DNA of 64,000 nucleotides from Octopus sinensis (GCF_006345805.1 NC_043010.1:28396001-28460000), one strand, 5' to 3'. Numbered from the stretch's first letter, positions 13,734 through 27,284 are shown. Program-made: numbers and translations. The notes: generated from the letters alone by a model not told the origin.

Positions 13734-14184
13734 CAGGGCCAGATTAAGACCCATAGAGGCCTTCACCACTTAAAAGGCTTTGGTGCCCTCAAGTATATAT
13801 AAAGGGTGTAAAATGTAAACAAAATAAATTTAAAATGTAAACAATAGTAAACCATAAAATAAATTTTTATTCTTTAAAATGCAACAAAATTCACAGTAAG
13901 ATGGAAAATAATATTTAATTTTGTATGCTTCCATTTTATTTATATTTGAAAAGTCTTCTCTGATTTTTTTTTTAAATTGCAAAATGTTTGATGATATCAT
14001 AAAAAATCAATTTACATAAACCTTCTGCTTCTATACTTAGTAGAGATAAGGCATTACGAATATTATTTTAGCAAGTTTAAACTGATTTCTTTCACGCCTT
14101 AAATTATTTTGATTTCTGTGGTGCCCCTGTCTCTTGATGCCCTAAGCATGAGCTTATCTTGCTTAATGGGTTAATCCAGCGCTG
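13734..14184. mobile_element. hAT-type MITE
   Basis: Ends CAGGGCCAGATTAA / TTAATCCAGCGCTG, with 8-bp TSD CTTGTACA / CTTGTGCA. Confidence 0.75.
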
Positions 14185-14707
14185 CTTGTGCAACAGTGAT
14201 ACCCATTTATAATCATTGAGTGATGCCAAGACAAAAATACACACAAACACACGTGTGTATAAAAAAAACCCCAGCAAAGAGAAATAACTTGAAGTGGCCT
14301 GTGGCATATATTTGAACAATATAGATAAATATTGCATTGTTAAATAATACCTCACAACAAAAATTCTCGATTCATTAAAATTATCTCTGCCTCTAAAGGA
14401 AGGTGAAATAATTACCAAATAGCAATTAAGACAAATGCCATTTGGGAAGGGGAGATAATCTCAAGATTCAAATATTCTCCAAAACTAACATGCCATAAAG
14501 GAACGGGACAGATTTATTGTTTAAAGTGGACAGCTGTGGACGTGTTTCTAGATCAATATTTTTCATCAGCACAACAACTGTCTGACCTTATCTACGGTAG
14601 CTAAAGGACTTGGACTTATTCAAAATAGTAAAGAATGGCATTAATGTGTTTGTGTACATTTAAACTAATTAAATATTATTTTACAGAATAGAATTAAAAT
14701 TTCTTTG

Positions 14708-15711
14708 AAGGTTCTTCTTTCTATTTGGTGGGATTGCAAAGAGGTAATTTATTTTGAATTGTTACTACCCTTTCTAACATGGAAGTATCCAAAGAGCATT
14801 TGAGGCACATAATGCTTTATGAGTACAAAACAGGAAACTCTGCAGCCAAAGTGACTCGAAACATACACTCAGTTTACGGGAAAGAATGCTTGAATGAAAG
14901 AACTTGCAGAAGATGGCTTGCAAAATTCAGAAGTTGAGATTTCAGCCTTGAAGATGAAGATCAAACAGGACATCCAGTTGAGTTTGATAAGCTCCTTGAA
15001 GCATTACTTGAAGAATTGGCAATAAAGCTTAGTTCAAACCATACAACTGTTCATCATCTTCAACAACTTGGAAAGTTTCCTAAACTTGGAAAATGGATGC
15101 CTCATGAATTGTCCAAAAGCAAGCACAAATCCCAAGTCGACATCTACTCTTCTCTCCATTCTCACGAACTCTTTTTTTGATAGACATGTGACTGGTGATG
15201 AAAAATGGATCTTCTATCGAAATGTTAAACGTCGTAAACAGTGGCTTGGTAAAAGAGAAAAAGGTTCTTCTCTCTATTTGGTGGGATTGCAAAGGGGTAA
15301 TTTATTTTGAATTGTTACTACCTAATGCAACAATCAATGCTCAAGTCTACTGTCAGCAATTAGAGCATTTGAAGCAAGCTTTGAAGAAAAAAAGACCCGC
15401 TTTAGTGAATCGTAAAGGAGTGATGTTTCATCAGGACAATGCGCAACTCCACACAGTAAATATCACATCACATCACAGAAGATCGAAGAGCATTGTTGGG
15501 AAAAAATTCATCATCCACCTTATTCTCCCGACCTTGCTCCTTCAGATTACCATTTGTTTCGTAGTTTATAGAATCATTTGGGGGACATTAGATGGAAGGA
15601 AGTCATAGATAATCAGGGAAAGTACATTGATGATTAAATTTCAATTAAATATAACATTTGATCACTTGTTTTCTTTATTCAAAATTCGGACAGAACTTAT
15701 GGGATGACCTG

Positions 15712-15714
<3 letters not shown>
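14708..15714 (+). pseudogene. Decayed mariner (DD34D) transposon; right TIR present, left TIR missing
   Basis: ATG at 14779 (MEVSKEHLRHIML). Motifs TGDEKWIFY, LLSIWWDCKGVIYFELL, FHQDNA, HPPYSPDLAPSDYHLF in shifting frames. TIR cagaacttatgggatgacctga-TA at 15691-15714. Confidence 0.9.
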
Positions 15715-15754
<40 letters not shown>

Positions 15755-16304
15755 TATATATATTTATAAATATACATACACATGATAGATTTCTTTCAGA
15801 CGGAACCTAAATCCATGCAAGCTTCTTAATCACATAGCCATACAATTGTCACTGATATATCTACATTACAACTGCCAGAAATGGTGCAATGATCCAGATA
15901 TGAGAATAGCACAAAGCCTGTTCTCTACATCTAGTTATTTCTTTTATATAGCAACAAAAATGGGTTACAGAATTTATTTTGAGATGCTCTATGTTTCTTT
16001 CAATTACTTTAAATATAACAAAAGAATTTAGTAAAATAACTTAGTTATCATTCAGCTAGTGTTAGGATCATAAATTGTGACTAAGGTTTGGTGGAAGATT
16101 TTAATTTAAAACTTATGAAAACAAAACATTTGTACTCAGAGCCAGAGCCGGTTTCAGCTGGGTTGGTAACGAAAAGGTTTAATGTTATCAGCACAAATCA
16201 ATGAATAAAAAAAAAAATTAGTGCACTCTGAGAAGCAACACAGGCACATTAATACACGCCACTTGATTATAATTCCTGTCTAGCAACCATTTTTTAAGAC
16301 TTAC

Positions 16305-16381
16305 CGTATATCTTCTCCATGTTCAAATTCACAAAGACATATAATACATTTTTCGTTTTCTTCCTCAACACTGCGCTTTAC
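16305..16381 (-). CDS. RNF111: Arkadia-like exon I, first half of RING-H2 (VKRSVEEENEKCIICLCEFEHGEDIR)
   Basis: Acceptor ttccttaatag, donor CG|gtaagt, 77 nt. Carries the CxxC of the RING. Confidence 0.95.
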
Positions 16382-16882
16382 CTATTAAGGAAAAATCAAG
16401 AAAGCAATGAAGAAAATGATCTCCCAAAAGGCAGAAACATAAATATTGGTTTCACATTTTGGCACAAGGCCAGTAATTTTGAGGTAGGGGACGAATCAGT
16501 TACATTGACCCCAGTGCTTGACTGCTACTTATTTTACTGACCCTGAAAGAATGAAAGGCAAAGCCAGCTTTGGCAGAATCTGAACTCAAGAATGCAAAGA
16601 TGGTTGAAGTGCCGCTAAACATTTTGTTCGGCACGCTAACAATTCTGCCAACTCACCGCTTTCAGACAGGACATAATATTGATGCTATTGGGTTGGTCCC
16701 AGGATCACAAAAAGATTGTTTATTAATTGCTTAGTTCAATCAAAATAGTAATGATATGGACTGTCAGGCAATAGTAAACAAACCAAGAAGATAATTTTAT
16801 AAATTCTTGAATACAGCCATGGTTCTCAGAGTCTCTGTGTAGTAGAAGCAGAATGCAAGAGCTTATCTCAAATTTCACAACA

Positions 16883-17055
16883 TTAACCCATTAGCATTTA
16901 AGTCAGCCATATCCAGCACCTCACACATAACCTACAATGTCATTCTAAAAATAAACAATCACATTATTGAAATCTCAAAGTTATGAGAAAATGCATAATT
17001 AATTCAAAACAATGTGAATGAATAAACATTACATTTGACAATCTGAATGCTGAGG
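16883..17055. mobile_element. piggyBac-type MITE (TTAA-CCCATTAGCATT...AATGCTGAGG); related copy at 29722-29861 in opposite orientation
   Basis: TTAA flank and short TIR. The internal sequence is shared in reverse with 29722-29861. Confidence 0.6.
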
Positions 17056-17856
17056 AGGGGGGGGGGGGTAAGCTGTTGAGACACTGCTCCTATTTGGGTT
17101 ATGAAACCCAATCTATAGCAAAGATTTGTCCATGTGAGGATCAGAACTCAGCTTTGCAAATATTTACCACTGCCACAATGCTGTTGCTAATAAGTGCAAG
17201 TTAAGCTGCTTGCTTCAATGATATGCAGACGAATTTGGTTAGAGACAACTATCTGTTTAATTAGTGTCAGAGAAAGTATTTGATAGTAGACTGCAGTTCA
17301 GGGGTCAGCACCCTTCTTATATCACTGAGCCTTTCATGGAATCACTAATAACTCATGGACCCCATCCACATCCATCATTTCTGAAATAAAATTAAACATT
17401 TCTTGGTTTAAAAATGATAATTCATTATTTTGTCATTTACGTCATTTCTGCTCTTCAACAAAATTGAATGAAAATACTTTACTAAAGTTATTATAAAATA
17501 ATATAAAAATAAATGCGCCCTTTTTAAAGCCTAGCCAGGCTCACAGGCCCGGTTTCCCAGTTTCTATGGCATGTGTGTTCCCCAGCTGGACAGGACGCCA
17601 GTCCATCGCAGCATTACTCATTTTTGCCAAATGAAGTGTTTTGCTCAAGAACACAATGCATCGCCCGGTCCAGGAATCGAAGCTACAATCATGATCATGG
17701 TGCTGACACCCTAACCACTAAGCCACGCACTTCCACTAGTTATTAGGAACAATAAAAATTCAGCCATATTTATTATATAATCAGAATATCTAAAGTAAAA
17801 TTCATATAATACTAATTAATATTACATTGATATTTGGCTGGAAATTACTGAGTTTC

Positions 17857-18195
17857 ATTACCTCTGCCTTAGTGAAAGTGAAGGTATTGTTTTCAGTTGT
17901 GTTTGTTTGTTTGGACAAGATATTTCAAAAACTGCTGGATGGATTTGGATGAAACTTTCAGGAATGTTTGGCCTCATGACAAGGACAAGGATTCTGGTCA
18001 AGGATATTGGATTATTTTCCTGTTTTTTTAAAGTTAATTTTTGAGAGCGATCAGTTTCATTTTTAGTATTCCTGTTTATAAGAGCAGTCGAGTCTATTTA
18101 AGAAATTTTCATTTAAAAAAATCATCTCCGGCTAATCGTTGGGAGGACGTTGGTGTTCCTTGGCAGAGGTTTGCACTCTCTGAGTGCTCTTGTTT
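17857..18195 (+). mobile_element. DINE-1/Helentron-associated (HINE)-like element; second copy at 42651-42995(-)
   Basis: Subterminal inverted repeats ttacctctgcc / ggcagaggt, internal (GTTT)n, and 3' hairpin GCACTC-tct-GAGTGC. Two copies in the window. Confidence 0.7.
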
Positions 18196-19257
18196 AGCCT
18201 TAAATTACTACACTCTTTCAGATTTAGTTTACTAATAATCCAGCTCTCAAAATCATTTCAGATATTTATTGATCCCTTGGATAGCCATACTGACCACTTT
18301 ACCAACTCCTCCTCTAACTGGTCAGCTGACACTCTAAATGACTGACATTCGTTCTATTGTCTCTCCTACAAGTACTTTTAGGGTCGCCATCATCATCATA
18401 AGTTAATATCCATCTTCCATAGTTCAACAGGATCCAGTGGATCCAAGGACAGCATCATGCTCCAATGTCTGCTCTGTTATGGCTTCTACAGCTGGATGCC
18501 CTTCCTAACACCAACCACGTTACAGAGTGTACAAGGGGTTCTCTTTGTGACACCAGCACTAGTGACGTCGCCAAAGAACTCACAACATTAAGATCCCCCG
18601 TATTTGAGTGGGGTTACAGTAGAAAGAGAGGCGGCTTTATGTTAGTATATGAAAAAAGGGGCCAAAACAGAACAGATTTCTGGCTGTAGAGGAGATATAT
18701 AGCAATTCACACTGTAGAAGTGGGTGGGATTAACTGGGATAGAGGTGGAAAGGAGATAAAACAGTGGACACAAAGTGTCAAGGCAGACCCTTATAGTACA
18801 AGGAGAGTTGAATTGAGTAGGGGCAGAAGAAAGGAGTGTGGGTGGGTACAGGTTGCTAAAATGTATGGGAGGAGTGAGGGATGGTTAGAGATGTACTTTT
18901 TTCTTCTTTTTTTTGCTTAGAAAAACAGATTGTTTTATGAAAATAGATCAAGTAACTTGCTAGAGAATTACAAATGATTATTAATCAACACTGGAGGTTC
19001 TGCACAGTGACACAGCTTGCTACAAACAGCAGCAAAATAGCCCTCAAATCACACTGCACTGGAATAATCTGATAATGTGCTTGCTGGGTGCACTGTGCAT
19101 AGGAAACAGATGGAATGGTCAGTATCATTACAACTGATCTCCAGAGCTAGACAACAAAACAAAACAAAACAGATCGGAAAAGACGCAAGAGTACACATAA
19201 ATTGATCATTGGCAAAAAAAAAATTTTTTTTAAAAGGGTAAATCTGGCCATACTTAC

Positions 19258-19350
19258 TTTCGTATATTTATGTGGCAAGGTGTTCTGGTCAATAACTGCC
19301 TGGCTAGCCCCTCGTGTTATTCCTGACATATGATTGTCCAAGTTGCTCCC
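19258..19350 (-). CDS. RNF111: Arkadia-like exon H (GSNLDNHMSGITRGASQAVIDQNTLPHKYTK)
   Basis: Matches the family motif RGASQ..I...T.PHKY.K. Tandem tag-cag acceptor, AAA|gtaagt donor, phase 0/0. Confidence 0.9.
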
Positions 19351-22300
19351 CTGCTAGAATAAAGATATTAAATTACTTCAATACATGGAATTACAACAAA
19401 CAAACAAAACTTAGAATTTATTGACCTCCTGTGTCAGGAGTTCAAATCTGCCACACATTTTGATATGTTTCAAATTAAAGCCCTTCATTTTAAGCTGACT
19501 CAGATCACCAGAGATCACATACCCCTCTCTCCTCACTCCTGGCAGCTCATCACTCTTTCATCACTTTCCAGCTCAGCCACCTACCCACCATCTCTTTGAA
19601 AATGTGAGTAGTTGTGTGACCCTTCGACAGCACAGAATCCGTTCTGCTCTGGCTCTTTCCCTGTATACTTTACCCCTTTCTATTCTTTATTGTCTAAGCA
19701 TGAAGCTACCCAAAATCCTCAGGGTTTGTGGTCTTGAAAGCTGCTGGTACCGGAGATAAAGCACCCAGTACACTCTGTAAAGTGGTTGGTATGAGGAAAG
19801 GCATCCAGCTGTAGAGATCATGCCAAAACAGATATTGGAGTACAGGGCAGTCTTTGGACCCAATGGATACTATCAGCCTGTCCAATCCATGACAGCAAGG
19901 GACAAAAGACATTAAATGACAATGATATGATAATGATAAAATACATTGGACACAATTTTCTTGGTATTCCAAGTGCCAGATAACATATATGAAAATGGAT
20001 AGTTTGGATAGTTCAAACAAAAAAACTGGTTCCATGCTGTTGCTTTACCAATTTTGTTTTTAGTTACCAAAGGCTACAGCAGAGCACTAAATGGCTGAGC
20101 CCCTTTCGAGTGTTGCGCCTCACAGAGGCAATGACCAAGATCTTTGGCATTATGTCAAACTTAAGAAGAGTCATCAAGCCAAGCAAAATCAGTCGTGGTA
20201 GACACTGGTGTCACACAAATTGGCACCTGTGCTGGTGGCAGGTAAAATACTCAAATGTCATGCAAATGGCATGTAAAAGCACTCATTACACTCTGAGAGT
20301 GGTTGGAATTAGGAAGGACATCCAGCCGTAGAAAACCATGCTAAATCAGATTGGAGTCTGGCGCAACCTTCAATGTGCCAGCTCAGTCAAACCATCCAAC
20401 CCATGCCAGCATGGACAAAGGGCATTAGATGATGATGATGATGATAAGCAGCTTTTTTTACACATTAGAATTTCACAGATGCTCTAGACAAGATGCTTTA
20501 TATGTTGTTAGTGCATACAGAATCATCATCATTTTATGTCTACTTTTCCATGCTCACATAATTCAGATAAAATTTGTCAAAGATTTTCTGCAGCTGGGTG
20601 CATTTCCTGTCACAAAACCTCACTTGTTTCAAGGCAAGAAAATATTTTCGTGTAGCCAGACATGGTTTTCACAGAAAAACAAACAACATTGCGTGTATGA
20701 GTGAAGCTCCTTCACAACCATTGCATGATGTCAAGACAAAGGTACACACACATGATGGGCTTCTTTCAGTTTCCGTTGACCAACTCCAGTTACAATGTTT
20801 TGGTTGGCCCAGGCTACAGTGGAAAACATTAACCCAAAGTGCCATGCAGTGGGATAGAATAAGACCATATGATTGGGAAGCAAGCTTCTTAACCACACAC
20901 TCCTGCCTGTGTCTATAGCAGATTTTACATTATACATGGTTTACTTTTTAAAGAATTATCTCTACAAATCTGTAGAGATAAACTTAAAAAATGATTGAAT
21001 TGCCCTGCTAGCACAAGAAAGTAGGACACAGTACTGACTTATAAATCCTTTAATACACTTGGTAGCATATTACAGGGTTGTAAAATACAGTGTCCCCCAT
21101 CAACAATTTTGAAACTAAAACGTGGTGGTGTTAATAAACCTGACTCGAATCCAAAACAAATATTGCAGTGAAGCAGAAGAAAGACGACACATACCAATTA
21201 GCATGGCAAATCAATTAAATGCACAGCAACTCATTGCTTGCTACAGAAAATATTAAAGTATTTTCCCTGTTGAACAGTAACTGAAATGTCTGTGCATTTC
21301 AGGATTGAAATCAACATGAACCAAGAGCCAGGAAAGACAGTGGATTATATTGTCGTACTTCAAAATGTACTTTTTTACTTTTGTGTCTATAATTATAGTA
21401 GTGTCTAAGAATACTGGTGTGTAATGAGAAATTTGTGCAATAAAAACATTGTATGGCTGTTTTGACAAAAAGGAAAAAAAAAAAAGGGTGGAGGTGCAGG
21501 CTTTACTGTGTGGTAAGAAGCTTGCTCCCCAACCACATAGTTCCAAGTTCAGTCCCACCGCATGGTAACTTAAGCATCTTATACTGTAACCTTGAGACCA
21601 AAGCTTTGTAAGTGGATTTGGTAGACAGAAACAGAAAGAAGCCCATTGTGTGTGTGTGTGGCCCCTATTACTGCTTGACAACTGGTGTTGGTGTGTTTAC
21701 ATCCCTATAACTTAGCAGTTCAGCAACGAGACCAGTAAAGTAAGTACCAGTTTAAAGAGAAAAAATAAATAAAATACTGGTGTTGATTCGACTAAAAAAA
21801 AATTTCTTCAAGGCAGTGCCCCAGCATGGCCACAACCTAATGATTGAAGCAAGTAAAAGATAATTTCATGGCCAAACAGAAGACACAGAATGAAGTGAGT
21901 GAGTTTAACTAATAACCCACAAGCTGACACTGGTACTCTAGAGTACCTAATCATCACCATGTCAATTGTTTGCCTTTTAATCACTGTTTATTTACCAAAA
22001 TTGAAACGATTATTTCATTTGGCAGCCAGCATCAATTCCCCTCCACTTCATCTGAACAACCGTCTGTATTGAGTGTCTTATTACAGAAGCAGGCATGGCT
22101 GTGTGGTTAAGAAGCCTGCTTCCTACCGATGTAATTTTGGGTTCAGTCTCACAGCACAGTGTGGAGGCGCGTGGCTTAGTGGTTAGGGTATCAGCATCAT
22201 GATAGTAAGATTGTGGTTTCGATTCCTGGACCGGGCGACACGTTGTGTTCTTGAGCAAAACACTTCATTTCACATTGCTCCAGTCCACTCAGCTGGCAAA

Positions 22301-23238
22301 AATGAGTAACGCTGCGATGGACTGGCGTCCCGTCTAGCTGGGGAACACATACACCATTGAAACTGGGAAACCTGGCTAGGCTTTAAAAGAGCGCATTTAT
22401 TTATTTATTTATTTACAGCACGGTAACATAGACAAACTTCCACTATAGCTCAGAGCTGACCAAAGCTTTGTCAGAAACTGAAAGAAAGCTGTCATACATA
22501 CATACATACATACATACACATATTTATTATTCTTATACAAGAATGTTGTTCAGTGGTGGTTGGCTCTGAGTACATACAAAAATAGGACCATGTACTAACC
22601 TTCCACAGAAAGATTATAATCAACTTGCGTTAAGAAACTACTGTATCAATAACCATGTATTGCCCTCTTCAAATTTTCTGTTGCTGCAACTAATATTCAT
22701 GTAAACTGAACGGATGAGGAAAAACAAACAAACAAACAAACAAACAAACAAAAAGACTTCCCTCCACACTTCACCAATCAGCTTAATTTAAATATCTTTA
22801 TACATTACCTACCCAAGTGATTTTTTACTGTATCCTCTGGCATGCCTTTTATATAAACAACATGGTGTTGATTTTTGCTGTTGCCTTCCAGCAAAAGATA
22901 TTTATAAATTTACTGACATACCTTTACTCAGGCTATTGTTAACTAAATATTACAATGAAAACACAATTTTCCTCTTTTTTGCCTGTTCATGTCATAACCT
23001 AGTTTGTTTTTTTTTACTCTGTTAACCTAAAAGTCATGCTTAAACCAATGGCTTTGTTCGTCCTTCACCCAACAAGTACCTCAGCTCACATTATGGAGAT
23101 TTTCATTTTTCATCCTTGTCACCATTTTTGCTATAATTCAGCAATTCTTCTCCATTCTAATCCATCTCCAAAACTAACCAGCTCAAAAGCACACCAAATG
23201 GACAATGTCACACATACAAAAGCTGCTTGTTCATTCAA

Positions 23239-23278
<40 letters not shown>

Positions 23279-23314
23279 ATATATATATGTATATATATAT
23301 GTATATATATATAT

Positions 23315-23675
23315 ATTCTTTTATTTCTTTCAGTCATTGGACTGCGGCCATGTTGGAGCACCACCTTAAATCGAACGAATCAACTCTAGGACTTATTCTT
23401 TTGGTCTCTTTTGCTAAACCGCTAAGTTATGGGAGTGTAAACACACCAACATCGGTTGTCAAATGATGGTGAGGGGACAGACAGACAGAGACACACACAC
23501 ACAAACACACAATAGGCTTCTTTCAGTTTTGACCCCAGGACTTATTCTTTGTAAGCCTAGTACTTATTCTATCGGTCTCTTTTGCTGAACCACTGAATTA
23601 CAGGGACATAAACACACCAGCATCGGTTGTCAAGTGATGTTGGGGAGACAAACAGTGGCACACAAACACACACAC

Positions 23676-23726
<51 letters not shown>

Positions 23727-24515
23727 TACATATACATATATATATATATACACACACACACATACATATACATATATATGACAGGCTTCGTTCAGTTTCC
23801 GTCTACCAAATCCACTCACACGGCTTTGTTGGCCCGAGGCTAGAGTAGAAGATACTTGCCCATGGTGCCATGCAATGGGACTGAACCTGGAACCATGTGG
23901 TTGGGAAGAAAGCTTCTTACCACACACCACACCTGAGCCTATATATATTAACTCTTACTTGTTTCGGTCATTAGACAGTGGCCATGTTGGAGCACTATCT
24001 TGAATAATTTTCAATCAAATAAATTGACCCTGGTACTTATTTCTTTTATTCTATCAATCTCTTTTGTTGAACTGCTAAGTTATGGAAATGCAAACACACC
24101 AACACTAGTAGTCTCTCTCACACACACACACACACACACGATGGGCTTCTTTTCAGTTTCCATCTGCCAAATTCACTCAAGGCTTTAGTTAGTCCTAAGA
24201 TGTTGTAAAACACACTTGTCCAAGGTTCTACACAGTGGGACTGAACTCAGAACTATGTGGTTGGGAAGCAAGCTTCTTAACACACAGCCATGCCTGCACT
24301 TGAAAACGTGTGTGTGTGTGTATGAGCTGATGTTTGTTTTCCATCACCACTTGACAACCGGTGTTGGTGTGCTTACATCCCCCATAACTTAGCAGTTGGC
24401 AAAAATGATCGAAACAAGTACAAGGCTTTAAAAAAAAAGTCCTGGGGATAATTTATTTGACTAAAAATTCAACTAGGTGCCCCAGTATGATCACAGTCTA
24501 ATGACTGAAACAAGA
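23315..24515. mobile_element. Cluster of SINE family A copies (three minus-strand, one plus-strand tail)
   Basis: Repeated gacttattctttgtaagcc and ttctttcagtttccgtctaccaaatcc blocks. Confidence 0.8.
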
Positions 24516-24941
24516 TGGCTGTATGTATAAGATCATGTATAGGTTAGGCAGGAATCTGGATAATTAAAATATAAAAATGCAGTGATGTCACAAATATTTG
24601 TTGGGACATAAAAAGCACTTACTATACTCTTGGAGTGGTTGGCGTTAGGAAGGGCATCCAGCTGTAGAAAAAATTGGAGCCTGGTGCAGCCTCCTGGCTT
24701 GCCAGACCCCAGTCAAACCGTCCAACCCATGCCAGCATGGAAAACGGACGTTAAACGACGATGATGATGATGAATGAATTGTAAGGTAGATACTGCAATA
24801 CACATTTAATTGGGTGCACCTTAGAAGCAATCTAATAATAAGGACAAAAATAAAGACCAATTCCATATGCCGCAGCTGTTTTTAATGGCACAAATTCATT
24901 GGTAACAGGATAGTATTTAGAGGAACAAGAAGAATACTCAC

Positions 24942-25101
24942 CGATAATGGCGCACCCATTCCTAAAAGACGAGGCAAGAGCAATTCTCGAGTTCGTAAAC
25001 TATTGGCTGACAGTAAGGAGAAATGGCTCGGATGGTGAAAATGGTGATGAAGATGTTGGTGTAATGAGGGAGCAACACAGTTTGACATAGGCTCTGTCAG
25101 C
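24942..25101 (-). CDS. RNF111: Arkadia-like exon G (LTEPMSNCVAPSLHQHLHHHFHH...RELLLPRLLGMGAPLS)
   Basis: Acceptor tttctccctacag|G, donor TCG|gtgagt, 160 nt, phase 2 to 0. Confidence 0.75.
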
Positions 25102-25698
25102 CTGTAGGGAGAAATAAGAATTAAAAGAAAAAAATGAAATAAAAAACAACACTGGAATTAAAAAAGCAGATAATAAAATAACATATTTAGGTTCTTTGCA
25201 GCTTGCATGCTCTGTTCTCTTTGCACTAACTATTTATAAGCACCCTTATAATGTGGGACAATGAAAGAGCTCCTTCTACAAGATTCACCGGATAACTGAA
25301 GAGATGGCGATGTGGGTTTCTGCCCTGACATCCAGGACTCGGAGTTTTATCATGGCTACCGAATAATTGTCACATATTATATTTACAGAGGCCTTAGGAT
25401 ATTTCTGTAAATGTCTCATTTATACCTACGAGACATACTTATCTGCATGGCCGAAACAGCTGTAAGATGTAGTCTATATCTATAATTATATTTACTTATT
25501 TTTATATTATCTTATACATATTGTACTTACTGTATAACATTACTCCTTTATGTACACTCCTTTATGTACACTATGTTGTTATACTTTATTATGTTTGTCC
25601 TTACAGTTTCTTATGTGGTGGTTTAATAAAGTATATGATTGAGTATTATCTGGTAATCGATATTTGATTTAGATGTTTTTCTCCATTTTCTTATTTTG

Positions 25699-25753
<55 letters not shown>

Positions 25754-26115
25754 ATAATAATAATATGAGGGAATATTATTCCAAACTTACAGGGAAAAAT
25801 TCTACCAAATATATACGTTTTATTTATTATTTTGCACATTACTTAATCATCGTTACATGTTTTATCTTATATTTAATCCTTCTATAATATGTAATTTTCT
25901 AGATGGTATAATTTAATTTTTCATTATTGAATTGATAAAAGGGTTTTTTTTTCTAATTTATATATATATATATATATATGAATGAGCAAAAGATTTAGTA
26001 ACTGGGTCATGTAGTCAAATTCTGCTATTCTGTAATAGAAAGTTGCAAGATAAAAAAAAAAAAGGAATGCTTTATTTAAAGAAAATCCAAATTAAAAAAA
26101 AAGGTGAAAACTTAC

Positions 26116-26710
26116 AAAAGAGCTGGCATATCGACAGGTCTGCGCGAATGTCCAGAGGAAGAAGCGGAAGATGAGGTTGACCTCTCGTTAAGGCTTCTGA
26201 GATAGCTGTTGAAGGTACCACTTTGACGAGTATAGGAATCGTCCTCCTCTCCGCTGCCGTCGACTGCTTCGTTGGAGGAGACCGACATCGAAGACGATGC
26301 GTTGTGGATGGCATGGGGACCAACAGCCGTTGAGGCGGTCGTATTAGTGCAGCTGCTGTTACCAGCAGAGTTGTTGCTGTCGGAATAGTTAGTCTCTGCA
26401 ATAGCAAAGAGCACAGCGGAGGAGAGCCTCATGTTCAGCAGGTCTGGCAAAGGACCTGGAGTGTGGGGTGGGGGAGGCGGCGGCGGCGGAGGTGCCAATG
26501 TACTTTGGGCTGATGCTTGCTGTGGAGGCGGCGGAGGCGGGGGTGGCGGAGGGGGAGGAGGAGGCGGTGGAGGAGGAGGCAGAGGGGGTAGATGGAGGGA
26601 GTGTGGTATCGACACAAGAGCCGAGTGGTAATGGTGATGGTGAATGTGAGCAGGTGGCGGTCGGGAACGGTAAGGATTGTGATACATATGGCTGTTGTGG
26701 GCACACATAC
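26116..26710 (-). CDS. RNF111: Arkadia-like exon F (His-rich, poly-Pro)
   Basis: ORF 26112-26708. Acceptor ctccttttcag|GT, donor TT|gtaagt, 595 nt, phase 1 to 2. Confidence 0.8.
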
Positions 26711-27059
26711 CTGAAAAGGAGCATTTAGGGGAAAATGAGAGAGAGAGAATAAGCGAAATTCATTAAATAATAAGGTGAAATGAAAAAGTTAATGAGAACA
26801 ACAATAATAAAAATTAACACATATTAAAAAAATACAAACAATAACAGTTGTATAAACAATAAGATGCGTAAAAATCACTGTAAAGTGGTTGGTGCTATGA
26901 AGGGCATCAAGGTTATGGTAAAACAGACAATTGGAGGCTGGTGCAGCCCCCCAGCTTGCTGGCTCCTGTTGGACAATCCAACCCATTCCAGTATGGAAAA
27001 GGGATAATAAATGATGATGATGACAACATGTATTATTGTAATGAATAAATAAAGAAAAT

Positions 27060-27284
27060 TAAAGATTATTTGCCAACATAACATGGCATTTGTGGTTTAG
27101 GACGAATGTTGCTGTAATTTAGCTCCAGGAGACATCGTCTCTAGTTGGCTATATGACACAATCTGTGTCCTTATATTTTTGATCATGTTGTATAGCCAGC
27201 TGGAGACGATGTCTCCTCGGGCTAAATTACAGCAACATTCATCCTAAACCAGGAATGCCATGCTATGTTGGCAAATAATCTTTA
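27060..27284. mobile_element. Fold-back MITE: 94-bp inverted arms, 37-bp spacer, TA flanks
   Basis: Arms 27060-27153 and 27191-27284 with about 9 mismatches. An arm-like fragment also occurs at about 30427-30478. Confidence 0.8.

Noticed and set aside
26460-26590. G-quadruplex-like G-rich run on the plus strand
   Set aside because: Fully explained by poly-Pro codons of exon F on the opposite strand.
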